NCBI GenBank assembly: GCA_049999805.1
Contig: JBNGIO010006255.1
Span: 47,400-111,399, forward strand
DNA from: Folioceros fuciformis
Lineage: Eukaryota
Direction: 5' to 3'
Length of the DNA: 64,000 bases
The notes beneath the pieces were generated by a model that was not told the DNA's origin, made no database searches, and worked only from the letters and a program-made list of their open reading frames with translations. Positions 46,307 to 59,600 of the stretch are shown here, one piece after another; the first letter of the stretch is position 1; each line of letters opens with the position of its first letter. The position numbers and the translations under genes are program-made.

Positions 46307-48085
46307 TCAGAGTATGCGTCTGAATTTCAGGTAGCTGAACATAGCTATGAAGAGAGCAAAGCCGCCAAATATGATGCCAGAGGTTGTGATCCAGAAAGCC
46401 AGGACATGCTCCTCCAAGTATGACCTCAAGTTCATACCAAAAATGCCTGCGATCAGAGCTCCCAAGGCGGAACAGAATGTGCCCACCTGCAGCAGCAGCT
46501 CCAGACGGCTTACCTCGAGTCTCCTTGAGCTCAAATTAACTGAGATGGAGTCCTCCATCTCCCTTGCAGAATCAAGCAACTTCTGGGCCTGACCATGACA
46601 TGAATCGCACCGCTGGAGGTAGAACTCTAGAAGCATCTCTATCTCTTCTTCCTTGTCTTCCACAGCCTGTTTGTCTAAAATGGCATCGCATTCTACCTGG
46701 CCACTGTCTCGCCGAAAGCTACACTTCATGCCCATGATAGAGATGCGGTGGATTTCCTCCTGGTGCTCCAGGAGTTCCAGTAACATCTGCTGCAAGGACC
46801 CTGCCTTGGAGCTGAGCTCCACCAATGCTTGCTTGCTCAGCCGCAGTTCCTCTAGCACATCAGCTGTGTATCGTGTTGGTAGCACGGCCAACAGAGACTT
46901 CACTCGAGGTTCAACCTCCTGGAGCATGTTCTCAAGTCGTTGGGTCCTAGAAACCAGGGCTGCCTCCACCACTTCCAGCTCGAAGGGCATGGTAGCACCA
47001 GTTCCATCAGCTAACACTCTAGGATATAAAGCTTCCAGAAATGTTCGAGCTCCAACACTGTGCTGATCAAATACCAAAACGTTTTCAGGGGTTGCAATTG
47101 CCCTCAAAGACCCCAAGTTTAGCAATATTGCTCTATCACGAACGAGGATGCCAGGCAAGGAGGTGGTCGACCACAAGGAGGGGTCAATGCGCCTTATGTC
47201 TCTCAGCCTCAGACCGCTACTTCTCAGAAGCTGTCGCCTGCTCACAGTTCGTTGCTCAACCCTCCGTCCTGCAGTCACCTCAAGCACCTCGTACACAGGC
47301 TCCTTGGCTGCTATGGCTATAGATTCAGCGCAAGAAGTGGAGGCAGAGCCAAAGATGGAGCCCTCACTTCTCGAGCTTTCAGCGTCCCATCCATCCTCTG
47401 ACAGGTCATCTCCGTCATCACTCTTCCGCCCCCCTTCGCTTGAGCTCACGAACTCCCCATCCACAACCCATTGCTCAAAGGACTGCTCCAGTGCTTTGTC
47501 CGGATGTGTTCCCAGATCCTCAACTCGTTGTCTGAGAGCTCCGTTCAATTCTCCTTCATGCGTTCCCAACGAAAAGGCTTGCACATGGGAATCAGACTTA
47601 GTAAGACCCGATATCCTCTCGCCCGATTGCTGCTGCTGCTGCACCACTCTTGACCCACTCAAGAGAGGTTCTCCTTCACAACCATCTCCAGACTCTCCAC
47701 CTCTTCTGGTACCAGCAGCCACCACACGCGGCTTTCTGTAACCGGCGCCATAGGACTGATCCTCCCCAGCAAGGAACGCAGACCAAGCTCCTGACAAGGT
47801 CAAGCACTTCCCCAGCACCTTCACCCTCTCCCTGCAAAGAAGCAGGGCACACACTGCAGAAATTTCACAAGAGGTCCACCCAGAACCCCGCTTGTGAGCG
47901 TGGCACGTCTTCTGCAACGTATCCCTATTCCCGCCACCAAAACCCCGTGACAAGCCATCGCAACCGGCCTGCGTGATGCCACACAGGCTAGAATCCGCTG
48001 CCTCAAAGCTGGCTGCCTGAACGCGAACTGGAGCCAAGGCAAACGACCTGGGCCTGACAGCGCACATTGCAGGACTCCAAGCCAT
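46307..48085 (-). CDS. MRS2-11: CorA/MRS2 magnesium transporter, plastid MRS2-11/MGT10-like (the N-terminal part may contain an intron)
   Basis: SRRQLLRSSGLRLRDIRRIDPSL, MPFELEVVEAAL, EIEMLLE, GIFGMNL and two C-terminal TM helices. Confidence 0.92.
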   Translation of the reverse strand: MAWSPAMCAVRPRSFALAPVRVQAASFEAADSSLCGITQAGCDGLSRGFGGGNRDTLQKTCHAHKRGSGWTSCEISAVCALLLCRERVKVLGKCLTLSGAWSAFLAGEDQSYGAGYRKPRVVAAGTRRGGESGDGCEGEPLLSGSRVVQQQQQSGERISGLTKSDSHVQAFSLGTHEGELNGALRQRVEDLGTHPDKALEQSFEQWVVDGEFVSSSEGGRKSDDGDDLSEDGWDAESSRSEGSIFGSASTSCAESIAIAAKEPVYEVLEVTAGRRVEQRTVSRRQLLRSSGLRLRDIRRIDPSLWSTTSLPGILVRDRAILLNLGSLRAIATPENVLVFDQHSVGARTFLEALYPRVLADGTGATMPFELEVVEAALVSRTQRLENMLQEVEPRVKSLLAVLPTRYTADVLEELRLSKQALVELSSKAGSLQQMLLELLEHQEEIHRISIMGMKCSFRRDSGQVECDAILDKQAVEDKEEEIEMLLEFYLQRCDSCHGQAQKLLDSAREMEDSISVNLSSRRLEVSRLELLLQVGTFCSALGALIAGIFGMNLRSYLEEHVLAFWITTSGIIFGGFALFIAMFSYLKFRRIL

Positions 48086-48356
48086 CTTCGCTGCCCTGGC
48101 AAGATGGCAGGTGCATCTCTGTGGTCACCAGATGGATTGCCCCTTTACAGCTTAAGTGACATCACGCGCAACAACGCCCCGTCAAGCCCGCCTGACACCC
48201 GGAGCGGAGAGAACCACATAAGCTTTTACCCTGCTCCCGCTTTTCCTTTCCCTACTCAATTTTAGCACGTCTCTGTCCAGATGTAGCAAGCCACTGGGTA
48301 CTCGATTCTCGATTCATCGCAGCACGTTTCGACCTTGCAATCCCGAGCCATGCAGC

Positions 48357-49647
48357 TCAATCGAAGGTCAAGGATGGCTCCTTCGAGCGGATGAAGTTCA
48401 GCAAGGATTCCATGTCACGCGCTCCCATGTACTTGTGCAGTGTCCTCCCTCTGTTGAAGATGATGAGAGTTGGGAAACCCTTGACTGAGAGCTTGTCCGC
48501 GAGTTTGGGGAAGACGTGACAGTTCACTTGCGCAAGCTGCAATCGGAATGAAGGAAGATATCAGCGTGTTCCTCACGACCAATCCAGCCATTCCCCTTCA
48601 CACTGCTTCTAATCCGCAATCAAAGCAAAAGCGCACAGCGCAGAAGACGATTCACCTGAACTTTGGAGCCACGCTTGCTCAAGACCAAAGCAAGCTCATC
48701 CCACACTGGATGCAATTCTTTGCAGTGCGGACACCAGGGCGCGTAGAAGAGAACAAAAGTCGGTCTGCAGTGCATGCGAGCGCATAATTTGATTGCTCAG
48801 CTGGTCAGTATACTTTCTTACATCCATAAGTCGTGACCTCATCTCAATCTCCCACATCTGATTCATTGCACACACAAATTCTAGAGCTCTCACACCGTAC
48901 CTCCGAGACACCATGTCAGCGAAGTGCTTGGGAGAGAGCTCCATCACAGCAGGCAAAGCCTCTCTCCTACACCAGGAAAAATGCTGTCAGGCTGATGTCA
49001 TGGCCAGGAAACCGAGATGTCTGCCGATGCATAGGCCCAAATTCGGCATCTGGGAAGCAGGATAGGATCCATATGCATGATGAGGATCTTACGCACAGGA
49101 GGGGAGGCACGTAGTCCGGGTCCAGATCGGAGGTGGTCTGCACCGCAACATGGGCCGTGGCAATGTGGATGCCGGTTCTATCAATGGTGTAGGACGGTAG
49201 AATGGGCAGAAGCCTGGCCACAGCAAGAACGCCGGCTACGGCCCAAGCGGCCATGCCAAACGAGGCCACCGAGTCTTGAAAAGTCCGGCTCTCCCGCCGG
49301 GAGCGGTCGAGAAGGAAGCTTAAGGCAGCGCGATCTACCAAGCTTCTGCGCAGCGCCTCGCCCTTATGCCACATAAAATTCAGTGTCTGGTCCGAAGGAC
49401 TGAACCAGGATTGCCGCGGGTTGGGAGGCTTGGGATCTGGTTGCTCGTCGGGACGGGGGCCCTTGTCTGGATTGGATCCTGATCTCGTTCTAAGGATCGT
49501 GCTCCGCAAATCTGCGCACCGACGCGCATTCCGGAGGAATCTCGCAATCTGGTGGTGGTGTGGTGAATGCGAGACAAGACGTGGTCTCAGGCTGGATTTT
49601 GCAGTCCATTGCTGCCGTGACGGAAGCAGAACCAGAGATGTGCCCAT
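48357..49647 (-). CDS. PDI-like single thioredoxin-domain protein (WCPHC) with a transit-peptide-like N-terminus and a TM segment, multi-exon
   Basis: [56 protein letters not shown]. Joining to the 5' exon is predicted. Confidence 0.75.
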
Positions 49648-49931
49648 GTTCCGACCACTCGGAAGGAATGCACTCTTAAATCGAACTTGCATATATTTCA
49701 GTTGTTTGAAGGCCAATTTGTAACCCACTCGGGGACAGGGGGTATGTACGCTCATAACAGATCTTCCGGCAATGCATGCTAAACCTCCTCTACAAGAAGA
49801 GCATTCAAGGAGTCTTCCGGAAGAAGGAAGGATTCTTCCAAAACCAAATTCAAGACGTCTTCAAAACCCAACTTCAAACTAAGGCCCGTTGGTATTGATA
49901 GCAAATGTAAATTACACAAATCTTGGTCACC

Positions 49932-51069
49932 ATGGCGCGAAAATTCATTAAGCTTGGAGCCTTGTTCACCAAGAGCAAGAGCATTGACTTCCCATCAAAA
50001 CGACTACTAGAGAAGCACTTCATTTCCACTCTTGCAACATGTCCACCAACTTCTCCAACAAAAGCTACACTCGAGCAAAAACCTGAACCCGTTGTATCAA
50101 CCGCTTCTTCAGCAAAAGTTTCTCACGCACCCTCAAAGACAGCAGACAAAAGCAAAGAATCATCCAAAGATGGAGAGAGACTCGAAGCTAAACCAAAGCG
50201 TTCATCAGATGGGTCCAAGAAAACAAAGAAGGAGAAACCTCCAAACATGAAAAAATTTGACATCTACAGATGGAACCCCGACGTGAAGAGAAAGCCAACC
50301 ATGCATCAGTACGTGATCAATACAAATGAGTGTGGTCCTATGATACTGGATGCCCTGTTGAAGATCAAGAATGAAATGGATCCCGGACTAACTTTCAGAA
50401 GATCTTGTCGAGAAGGCATTTGTGGATCGTGTGCCATGAATATCAATGGCTGCAATGGGCTAGCTTGTCTGACTGGCATAGACGTGGATCCTTCATCACC
50501 CACAACTATTACCCCTCTTCCCCACATGTATGTCATCAAAGATTTAGTAGTGGACATGACTAATTTTTTCAATCAGTATAAACAAGTAGAACCTTGGCTG
50601 AAAACAAAAGGCCCTAGTCCAGGAGGCCGTGAATATCTCCAGTCCAAGCACGATCGTGAGAAGCTGGACGGCATGTATGAGTGCATTCTTTGTGCGTGTT
50701 GTTCCACATCTTGTCCATCCTATTGGTGGAATCCGGAAAAATACCTAGGCCCAGCATCTCTTCTCCATGCCCATAGGTACCACCAAACTTTATCATCTCA
50801 GGCTTGTTTCCTCTCTTTCTTTTGATGAAAACTTGTTCAATTCACTCCTTGCTCCATTGCAAGTGGATTGCTGACATTCTTTGCTCCATTGCAGGTGGAT
50901 TGCTGACACTCGTGACGCCTATACAAAAGAAAGGTTGGAAATGTTGGCTGATGAATACAAGCTTTACAGATGTCACACCATCATGAATTGTGCTATTGCT
51001 TGCCCCAAGGGCTTGAATCCAGGTCTACAAATATCTAAAATCAAGTACCTACAAGTTACCAAGAAATAG
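49932..51069 (+). CDS. SDH2: Succinate dehydrogenase iron-sulfur subunit, exons 49932-50776 and 50895-51069
   Basis: [53 protein letters not shown]. Confidence 0.97.
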
Positions 51070-53190
51070 ATGGGAGATAGGTTTCCCTTTCCCTCCATGT
51101 CTACACTCTTTTCAAATAAGGTTTGCTCACCACCAAAAATTAGGCTGGTTTCAACTACTTGTATTTATTCCCAATTTCTTCTTCCTTCTAATATTAGGCT
51201 AACATTTGGCTATGTTACAAAATAGACTCTAAATGCTACTTAAACTTGACAAACCCATTGTGTGATTTCAGCACTCCTTACACATGGTGAAGTAGATAAG
51301 TGGTGAACAAAGCTGAAGTTTGATTTATTAATTTTTTTTAATTACTATAAATTTATTTCCAAAGTGTTGTATCACTTCAAGATGCATTTGTGATCTCCTT
51401 CTATCCATACTATCTTGGAGATGAGTTTATCCCATCTTTCATTCAATACATTACCAAGTGTGTCTCTATCTTAGATTATTCCTCTTTAGATTTTTTTAGA
51501 GTTAATTTAATTAATTATATCTAAAGAATAAAATTAAATCTATTTGAAAAAAAGTACCTCTTTAGATGTATAAAGTGTAAGGCTCCAACTTTTGATATTT
51601 GCCATCAAAGATGGTCGTCATCCTAGGACCACTTTTGATTCTCGTTCATAAAGAATTTAAAGAATACACATAACAACAACTTTACACAAGAGAAAAGTTG
51701 ATACCAAGACTTTATCAGGATGAGAGATAGAATAGGCGTATGGAGATAAGGGCGCAAAGGCCAGCTAGGTGCCTTATCATGAAAGAAGCAGGAATGGTAA
51801 AGGCAAAAGAAAAAGAGCTATCCTGGAGACATAACGAAATAGTGGGTTCTGGAAAGAGGAGGCGTCGTGGTTGGTGGCTTTCGAGGCTTGTTTGGCAGGT
51901 TAACGAAACAGGAACTCGGCCCTGCGCGGCGACAGATGGCAGACGACAGTTGTTAGGCAACTGAAATTGGGAATTGTTCTTTGGAAAAAGGAAAGGGGGC
52001 AGAAGAGACGGAGGACGTCCAGTCCAGTCCAGTGAATACAAAACAGGAAAGGGAAGGGAAGGGAAGGGGAGGGAAGGGGAAGGACAAGGTGACAGTGCGA
52101 CACGCACCCTTCATCTTCCAACGTGGTTGTACCCGCTTTACCATGGAAACGACCGCCCCCGTCCCACACCGTCCCGCAGCAGCGCCCGCTCTATACCGAC
52201 CTCCAAGAAGCAGGAGAGCGGATCGTGAGGAAGGGGAAGCGCTAGCTCTGCCGCTCCACTCCACTCCACTTCACTGGCACGGAAGCCGCTTCGCCGTCCC
52301 CTTCCCCGCCTCCCACCTCCTTCTCCCCGGGAGGGCGCGCTGCCAGGCGCCCGAATTGGCGGCCCGGCCCCTGCTGCCTGCCCATGCTGCCGTAGATCAT
52401 CGCCCGCTGCCGCTCCTGCTTCCGCTGCCCCTTCCCCTGCCCCTGTCCGCATTTCCTCAGGCAGCCTGTCAGACCTTCCGCTGGACGGGACCCGACATTC
52501 TTCCTCTCGCCGTGGCTTTCGGGAGGGAGCTGGCTGGCTGGCTGGCTGGCTTGCCGGCCTCCGTCCTGATCCGCGATTCCGTGTCCCGGGCCGCACGTGG
52601 GAATTCGTGCGAGAGGGGAGTTGGGTCGTGCGCCAAGGGGATTGCGGGTGGTGGGGGCGATTGCGGCTCGCCACCATGCGGCTGCTCGAGACAATGCGGG
52701 CAAGATCCGCGGACTGGTTGTGATTTGTTGGGGTTGCGGAATTTGCAGAGGTGAGGATGCGGATGAGGAGGGGAGGTAGATCGGACGGTGGGGTCCGGTT
52801 GCGAGGCTGGGATTTGAGGCGGATGGAGTTCGCCGGGCGAGGGTGGGTGGAGATGGTGGTGTGGGTATCGGGATGGAGCGGTTGTTTGGACGGCGCTGTA
52901 GCATGTCCGTGAAGGCTGAGCGGGCGGGGGTTGAGTAGGCTTAGGTTGCAGGGAGTAGGCGTCGGGCAGGCTTGTGGGATGGAGGGGAGGATGGGCGTCA
53001 CGTGGGCGACAGCGGCAGCGCGTGAGCTTGTTGTGCTGAGAAAGTGTGGGAGGACGACGGCAGCTGAAGTAAGAAGCTGACGGGGTTATTGAGTGGGAGT
53101 TTGTGAAGGATTGGGAGCTACCTGCTCGCGTCGCCTCTCCTTGCCCCCTCTCGTCTTTTGTCTCGCTTCGGTTGGTTGGTAGGCAGGATA

Positions 53191-54945
53191 ATGGTGCCCT
53201 TGCGGAAGAATCGCAGGGTGGCCTGCGCGATGGTGTTTCTGACTGTGGCAGTGCTCTACTTCGTGCTCCCTCTGCTCTTTCCCGGGAGCTCTCTGAACCT
53301 TCAGTTTAACAAAATTCAGGAGGGTGTCATGCGTGTCTCGCTTTCACCGAAGCATAGATCCTGGGAGTATGTCGATTCTGGGATCGGGTGCGAGGAGATG
53401 TTGAAGGTGTTCATGTACGACCTCCCTCGGAGATTCAATTTTGGGATTATGAGGCGAAATGATCTGGAGCAGGACGTTCCTTGGCCTCATGACAAGACGG
53501 CTCCCCCTTGGCCTGTTAAATCGGGGCTACGGAAGCAGCACAATGTAGAGTACTGGATGACTGTGGATCTCTTAGGGCAGCGACAGGAAGCAGGGTCTGA
53601 AAGGAGCAGAGCCATCAGAGTGAGCAATCCAGAGGACGCAGATGTGTTTTTCGTTCCGTTCTTCTCTTCCTTGAGTTTCAATACATATGGCAAGGCTATG
53701 CGAGACCCGGATACGGAATATGACAAGGCTCTGCAGGTTCTTGCTCGTCACCGTTTGACGGCTACCACCGTTTTCTACTGCTGCTCTGAGACTGGCTTCC
53801 TTTCTACTGGGCTGCTCTTACCTGTGTGATGCTGTGTACTCTGCAGGCTGAGTTGATGGATATCCTCCGGCATTCAAAGTGGTGGCAACGGTCTCAAGGC
53901 CGGGATCATGTTGTTCCTTTGCACCATCCAAATTCTTTCAGGTTCTTGCGGGACCAGCTGAACGCCTCTATCCTCATCGTTTCCGACTTCGGGAGAGTCT
54001 CTGCAAATATCTCAAGGTTGGCCAAGGACGTTGTTGCACCTTACACACACGTTGTGGCTCCTGCTGCTGACGACGAGGTGGACCCGTTTGAGTCCAGACA
54101 TGTCCTCGTGTATTTTCAGGGCCAGATTGTGAGAAAAGACGTAAATATCCACACCTACCTTCTCCCCCTCTCTATGGCGCTTGTTACATCTGTCAGTACA
54201 TGTGCCAGATGATCTGTTGCACTGACAGTGGGTTGAACTTGGATCATCAGGAGGGCATAGTCCGAACGCTGTTGAAGGAAGTCTTAAATAACCACCCTCG
54301 GGTACACTTTGTCGAGGGTACCGCAACCAAGGAGGGAGTAAAGCAGGTGCACAATGCTTACCCTTGGCATGCGATGAAGGGAATCGGGGGGGGCATGCAT
54401 GCATGCATGCTGAGATGAGAGGGCATGGGAATCCTGCAAGTTGTTTGTGTCTTGCATGTGGACGACGGTGTCAGTTTTGTAATCAGCGTTTGTTGCACTT
54501 TCTGCAGGCAACCGCAGGAATGCGAGACTCACTGTTTTGTCTTAATCCAGCTGGAGATACACCATCCTCTTGCCGTCTGTTCGATGCCATTGCCAGCCAT
54601 TGCATTCCGGTGATTGTCAGTGATAAGATTGAGCTTCCCTTTGAGGACGAGCTGGACTACAGGGAGTTCAGCCTTTTCTTCTCAGTGGAGGAAGCAGTGC
54701 AACCAGGTTACCTCCTGACTTACCTTGAAAATTTTGGGAGAGAGCGGTGGTTGAAAATGTGGTCTCGGCTAAAGGAGGTCGCCCACCATTTTAGCTACGA
54801 GGGACCAGCTCGGAGGGATGACGCTGTGAACATGATTTGGAAACAAGTCCAGAACAAGCTACCGGCCGTCAGGTTGGCCATCAACAGGTCTAACCGGCTG
54901 AAGATAAAGGATTGGACTTCCTGGTGGACAGCAGAAGGAAGTTGA
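53191..54945 (+). CDS. Exostosin/GT47 glycosyltransferase (ARAD1-like), multi-exon
   Basis: Type II TM anchor; [61 protein letters not shown]. Confidence 0.92.
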
Positions 54946-55304
54946 CAGCAGAATGTTGAATATTGATAGATCGAACTTGGGATGCAGGAAACTCGATTCC
55001 GATCTCACTGCGAGAATAATATGCGGGGAGGAGTCGAATTCAAGAGGCTTTGTATGGGATGACATCTGTGATCCGTTGCCTCATCATTCTTTTTCGGATA
55101 AATGAGCACTTATCCATTGTGTGGCGACATAGCAGAGTGGCCAAGAATGTGCACGCAGTGAGGCGGCACCGAAGTCTGACGTTTAAAAGCAGATGAGAAA
55201 AATACAAAGATTGCACGGTGCCGTACGTGTTAGGATGAGGCCTCTGTGTGTGAGATCTGCTGCCAAGTGTTTAAGTAGCTTCTTGCTCTTTTTGATAGTC
55301 AGTT

Positions 55305-56889
55305 CTACTTGACAATGAGGACTGCGGAATTTGCAACACCGTAAGACAGAGATCTGGCCGTCTCGAAAAAATGTGCAACGCTTTCTTCGGGAGTGCCCAC
55401 CAGGACTCCATGACCGAGATTCAAGATGTGGCCTCTGCTCCCGGCCTTGCTCACAACACTGCAACCAATCCAGATGTCAGATTCTGTGGTGGAAAGGACA
55501 AGTCTGTAGATACGAAAGCTGAGTTCTGTGCAAGTTAGTACCTTTGAATAGCTTCTGTAACAGCATCCAACGGAGCAAAGAGCACAGCCGGATCCACGTT
55601 GCCTTGCACAGCTACGGAGTCACCTAGTCGCCTCCTACCATCAGCCATGTCAATGGTCCAGTCTAAGCCAATCACATCCACAGGGATTTCGCGCATGCGT
55701 TCCAGTAGGCCCCCACTCCCGTTGGCGTAGAGAACCAGGGGCACTCCCGGATAGGTCTCGCGCACCTTGCTCACCACCTGCACACAGTGTGCAAGCCTCA
55801 GTTTCAGGCGCTGTTCTTAGCACCACGATCTGTCAGCTCACAGCGTTGTGTTAGTGGCAAGCACTCTGTCTGCTGTTACCTGCCGGATGTAAGGCTTCGA
55901 CCAGATATCCCACTGCTCAGGGGTAAGCTGACCGCCCCAGGAATCAAATATTTGGACGCACTGTGCTCCAGACCTGATTTGGTAGCCTACATACTCGGCT
56001 ATGTTGTCGGCCAGATGAGAAAGCAGACTGTGCAGCACAGCAGGCGCTTTGTATATCATGCTCTTGATCTTGGTGTATGTACGCGTAGATCCACCCTCCA
56101 CCACGTATGTTGCTAGAGTATACGGGGAGCCCACGAAGCCAAGTACAGCAGCCCCATCACCGACCTGCAATTGCAATCCACCCACAAAGGTAAGCTCACT
56201 GAACTGTGTACAGCTCCGGAGGCGGTGGAGAGATCCCAGACATCACCTCTTTCCTCAGGATGCTCAATGACTCTCCTACAAAGTGCAACTTGTCCAGCTC
56301 AATCTTGTGCAGAGCTGAGAGGCCTTCCTCTGACCTAATGGGCTTCTCCAGCACAGGCCCCTTAACTTCATCAATCTCGAACTCGATCCCTAGTGCCGGC
56401 AAAGGTGTGAGGATATCTGAGAATAAGATCACTCCGTCCGGCTTAAACGCCTTCCAGGGCTGCAACGATATCTCCACTATCAGGTCCGTCTGCTCCGACC
56501 TCTCCCTGAAGGAAGGATGCTTCTCCGCAAGCTTCCTGTACGCAGCCATGTACCTGCCAGCCTGCCGCATCATCCATGCTGGAGGGCGGGAGATCTTTTC
56601 TCCTCTTGCGGCCTTCACCAGCAATGGCTCTGTCACCAAAGGAGAAGGAAAATGTGGTCAGTCAGTTGGGTCCAACCGAATACCAAGTGCTGGACTTTCT
56701 CCCGCATTCTTCAGGTAGCTTGAACAAAGTACCCTCAGAGGATTGACATTTTGTGACGGGTAAGGAGCTGAATTGAGAATGGGCGGCATTTCGCCCGCAG
56801 GACTGCCGAAGATTGAGTGTCTCCCCAACAAATGTGCTGCACTTGCTCCCCGCCCCCGCCAACGAGCTGCTCCACAAGCCGGAAATCAT
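55305..56889 (-). CDS. HEME1: Uroporphyrinogen decarboxylase, plastid, multi-exon
   Basis: [60 protein letters not shown]. Confidence 0.95.
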
Positions 56890-57092
56890 CGAGCTGTCTG
56901 GAATGGCGTACAACCAGTCCAACGGAGCGATTACTCAGGGTGGCACGAAGCCCGGGATTCACATTTCAACCTGGAGCCCGAAGAGATTGGAGCGAGGATC
57001 CCGGGAAGATAGGATCAGAAAGAAACGTTTCGACTTCAGTACATACTGTACATGCACAGTTGTCCCGGTTACCGCCCACAACAGAGTTTCTT

Positions 57093-58776
57093 TCACTTAA
57101 GGACGTCCGCTGGGTGGGACGTAGACGGAGCCACCTCAACCGGTTGGACCGTGAAACCTGCCCTTTCGCAAGCCGCCTGAAGTTGCTCTGCTTGGAGTTC
57201 GCCATTCGGGCACATTGCGACTACGGCTCCTCCACTACCAGTGAATTTGCATGCAGCACCCACGCTTCTTGCCGTTTCCACCATTTGAATGTTAAGCTTG
57301 CCAAGAACTCTGTCTCCGAATATTTGCCTGCAGCAAATTGTGGATGAAGAATGTCACGGCTTGTCCCACAGGCCAAAAGCAGAGGACATGTGACTGGCAA
57401 AGTGAAGTACCTGCGAAGATCAAAGTTGCGATCCATGAGCCTGGCGAGGCTGTCATTGTCATGCGCAAGCAGGGCAGCACGTCCTTGCACAGCCAGATCT
57501 GCAATCTCAGCCATCAGCTTTGTTACTGTTTTGTCACCTTCCGCCCACCTTTTCCTGACAGTACTGTGGACCTGTGACATCGGAGGCTTCTTTAGAAGGC
57601 TTCGGTAGGGCGCCACGTCATTGATGATTCACAAACAAGCAGTCACAGTCATGTCATCGTCGCAACAATTAGAGCCTGTCTACGGTGGTGGTGGTGCTGG
57701 GAAAATGACAACCAAACCGGACTTTCAGGATAGCAGAGTACAAGCCTTTCCAGAGTCGCTTGGGTTGTTGGTGTAAATAAGGTAAAGGGGTGGAAGCAAC
57801 TGATGATCCATTGGTGTGTAAATCCCATGACCGAGGCTCTCCATTGCCTGTTTGTTGAAATCCTGCATGCAGCATTGCACCACCCCGTCTAAGCAGCATC
57901 TCAGACCCACCAAGTCTTGAAGCACTCATCTGCCGCTTGCCTGCTGATGTGGTGACAACCGAAACAAACCATGTAGACTAATCCGCCATAGACCTGCACC
58001 ACACGATCTTGCAGACCTGCTGTGATACCCAGCTCTTCTTCTGCTCTTAAAATTAGGCTTGGTCGAAACTCCATCTGTACGAGGTGTCCCACACCATAAA
58101 ACTCTAACAGGCAGTTCATGGCTGCGCATACAATGGCACTGGAGCCTGATAGTCCTGCCTGAAGCACAACCATCTCATATTAGCAAACAATATCTTGCAA
58201 CCAAGGGTCACAACAATCAGTCTCAAACGAACGGGACCACCCAGGCTACCTGTCTGGGAATGTTGGTATCATATGACAAGGTAAAGTTCTTCTCAGGAAG
58301 CTTGATATTGCTTTCCACACAAAATTTGAAGAACACCTCCGAAGTGGCCATCAGCAGCCTAAGCCCTCCATAGTAGCCCTGTGACTGAACGTGTTCGGCC
58401 TGTAGACCTCTGGCAAGTTGGTCAACCCTTGCACGAAGTAGCAGTAACCTCTAGCCATGGTCCAGTGAACTTTTGAGTGAACAACAGATACTAGCAGCAT
58501 GAGAATATCAACATACAAAAATCTCCTTAATTAACGCACCAGTTGGCCGAGCGACGTGAATTCACACGGATCGTGTGTCGGATGTGGCCTGAGAGCAAGT
58601 CTGGGTGATGGTTGGACAGAAGCAGAGGCCCAGAAATTTGCCAGAGAGAATGACAAAGTGTTGCCATAGTAGGCGTCACTAGGATTTCCTAGCAGGCCAA
58701 CCCTGGCAAAGACCCGGTGTTCAATTGGCTTGTCACCACGGCCGCTCGGCTCGCTGTCTGCTAATTCTGCATCCAT
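57093..58776 (-). CDS. GLCAK: Glucuronokinase (GHMP kinase), multi-exon
   Basis: [68 protein letters not shown]. Confidence 0.92.
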
Positions 58777-58871
58777 GGCGGACTGTTTGAGCGTTATCAA
58801 GCCCTAAGGCAGCGGGTGGACGAAGTAGTCCATTTTTGTGACCGTACAGTGGCTGAATTGCGACAGAAGGT

Positions 58872-59436
58872 ATGGGGAGCTTGGAGGCTGACTTTGTGTC
58901 TCTCATGCAATCGCATGCAAAGAGCAACCAGCTTACGAGGAGTCGAATCGGTTTGTGCAAGCTCGGACTAAACCTTTCTTTACTCGTGCTTGATCGAATC
59001 AAGCCCTTCCTGATTTTGAGTTTGCTGCTCCAGAGAAGGCGAAGAAGGAAGCGTTGGCAGGCGTGTCTGTGGTAGCGGACCTGTTCGTAGACAACGTGAA
59101 TGGAGGCGTGCAAGAGGTTTTCATTAACGAGAAACGCATTGAGCTGGAAGCTCGAGGTCTGAAGGAGACAGTACAGCGGTTTTCGCAGCAGTCTAAACAG
59201 TGGCTGACTCTCTTCCAGACGTTCGACTCGGCGCTCAAGGTGCAACACTCAATGCACTTCTCCTTGTTGGTGCCGTATGGTTTGTTCCTCATCTTCCTTG
59301 AGTGACGTTCCAGTTCTATGGTGTGGTTCAGGAGATAGGGGACTTCGAGAATTGGATCAAGGTGATGGAGTATGATTGTCAGAGCATTGGGGGTGCCCTG
59401 ACTCATATTGCTTCAAGAGGAGGCACCTCGAGATAA
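58872..59436 (+). CDS. BLOS1: BLOC-1 subunit 1 (GCN5L1), 3 exons
   Basis: VNGGVQEVFINEKRIELEAR..FDSALK-EIGDFENWIKVMEYDC. Confidence 0.92.
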
Positions 59437-59600
59437 CCCTACTTCTGCCGATCTCAAAATCCGCAGTTGCACCAATTGTGAGCAGCTGTCGGGCCCATGA
59501 AGGTTCACTCAGTCGAGTATGACTTTGCTTTGCTGTTGTTGGTTGAGGAACATCTCCAAGGGAAAGGGACTCTATTGTAGAGGCCTGTTTTTACTGTCTT

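Noticed and set aside
51715-53100. GC-rich ORFs of 220-287 aa upstream of the GT47 gene
   Set aside because: Low-complexity translations driven by GGGAA, CTCCA and GCTG microsatellites; most likely promoter, 5'UTR or UTR intron.
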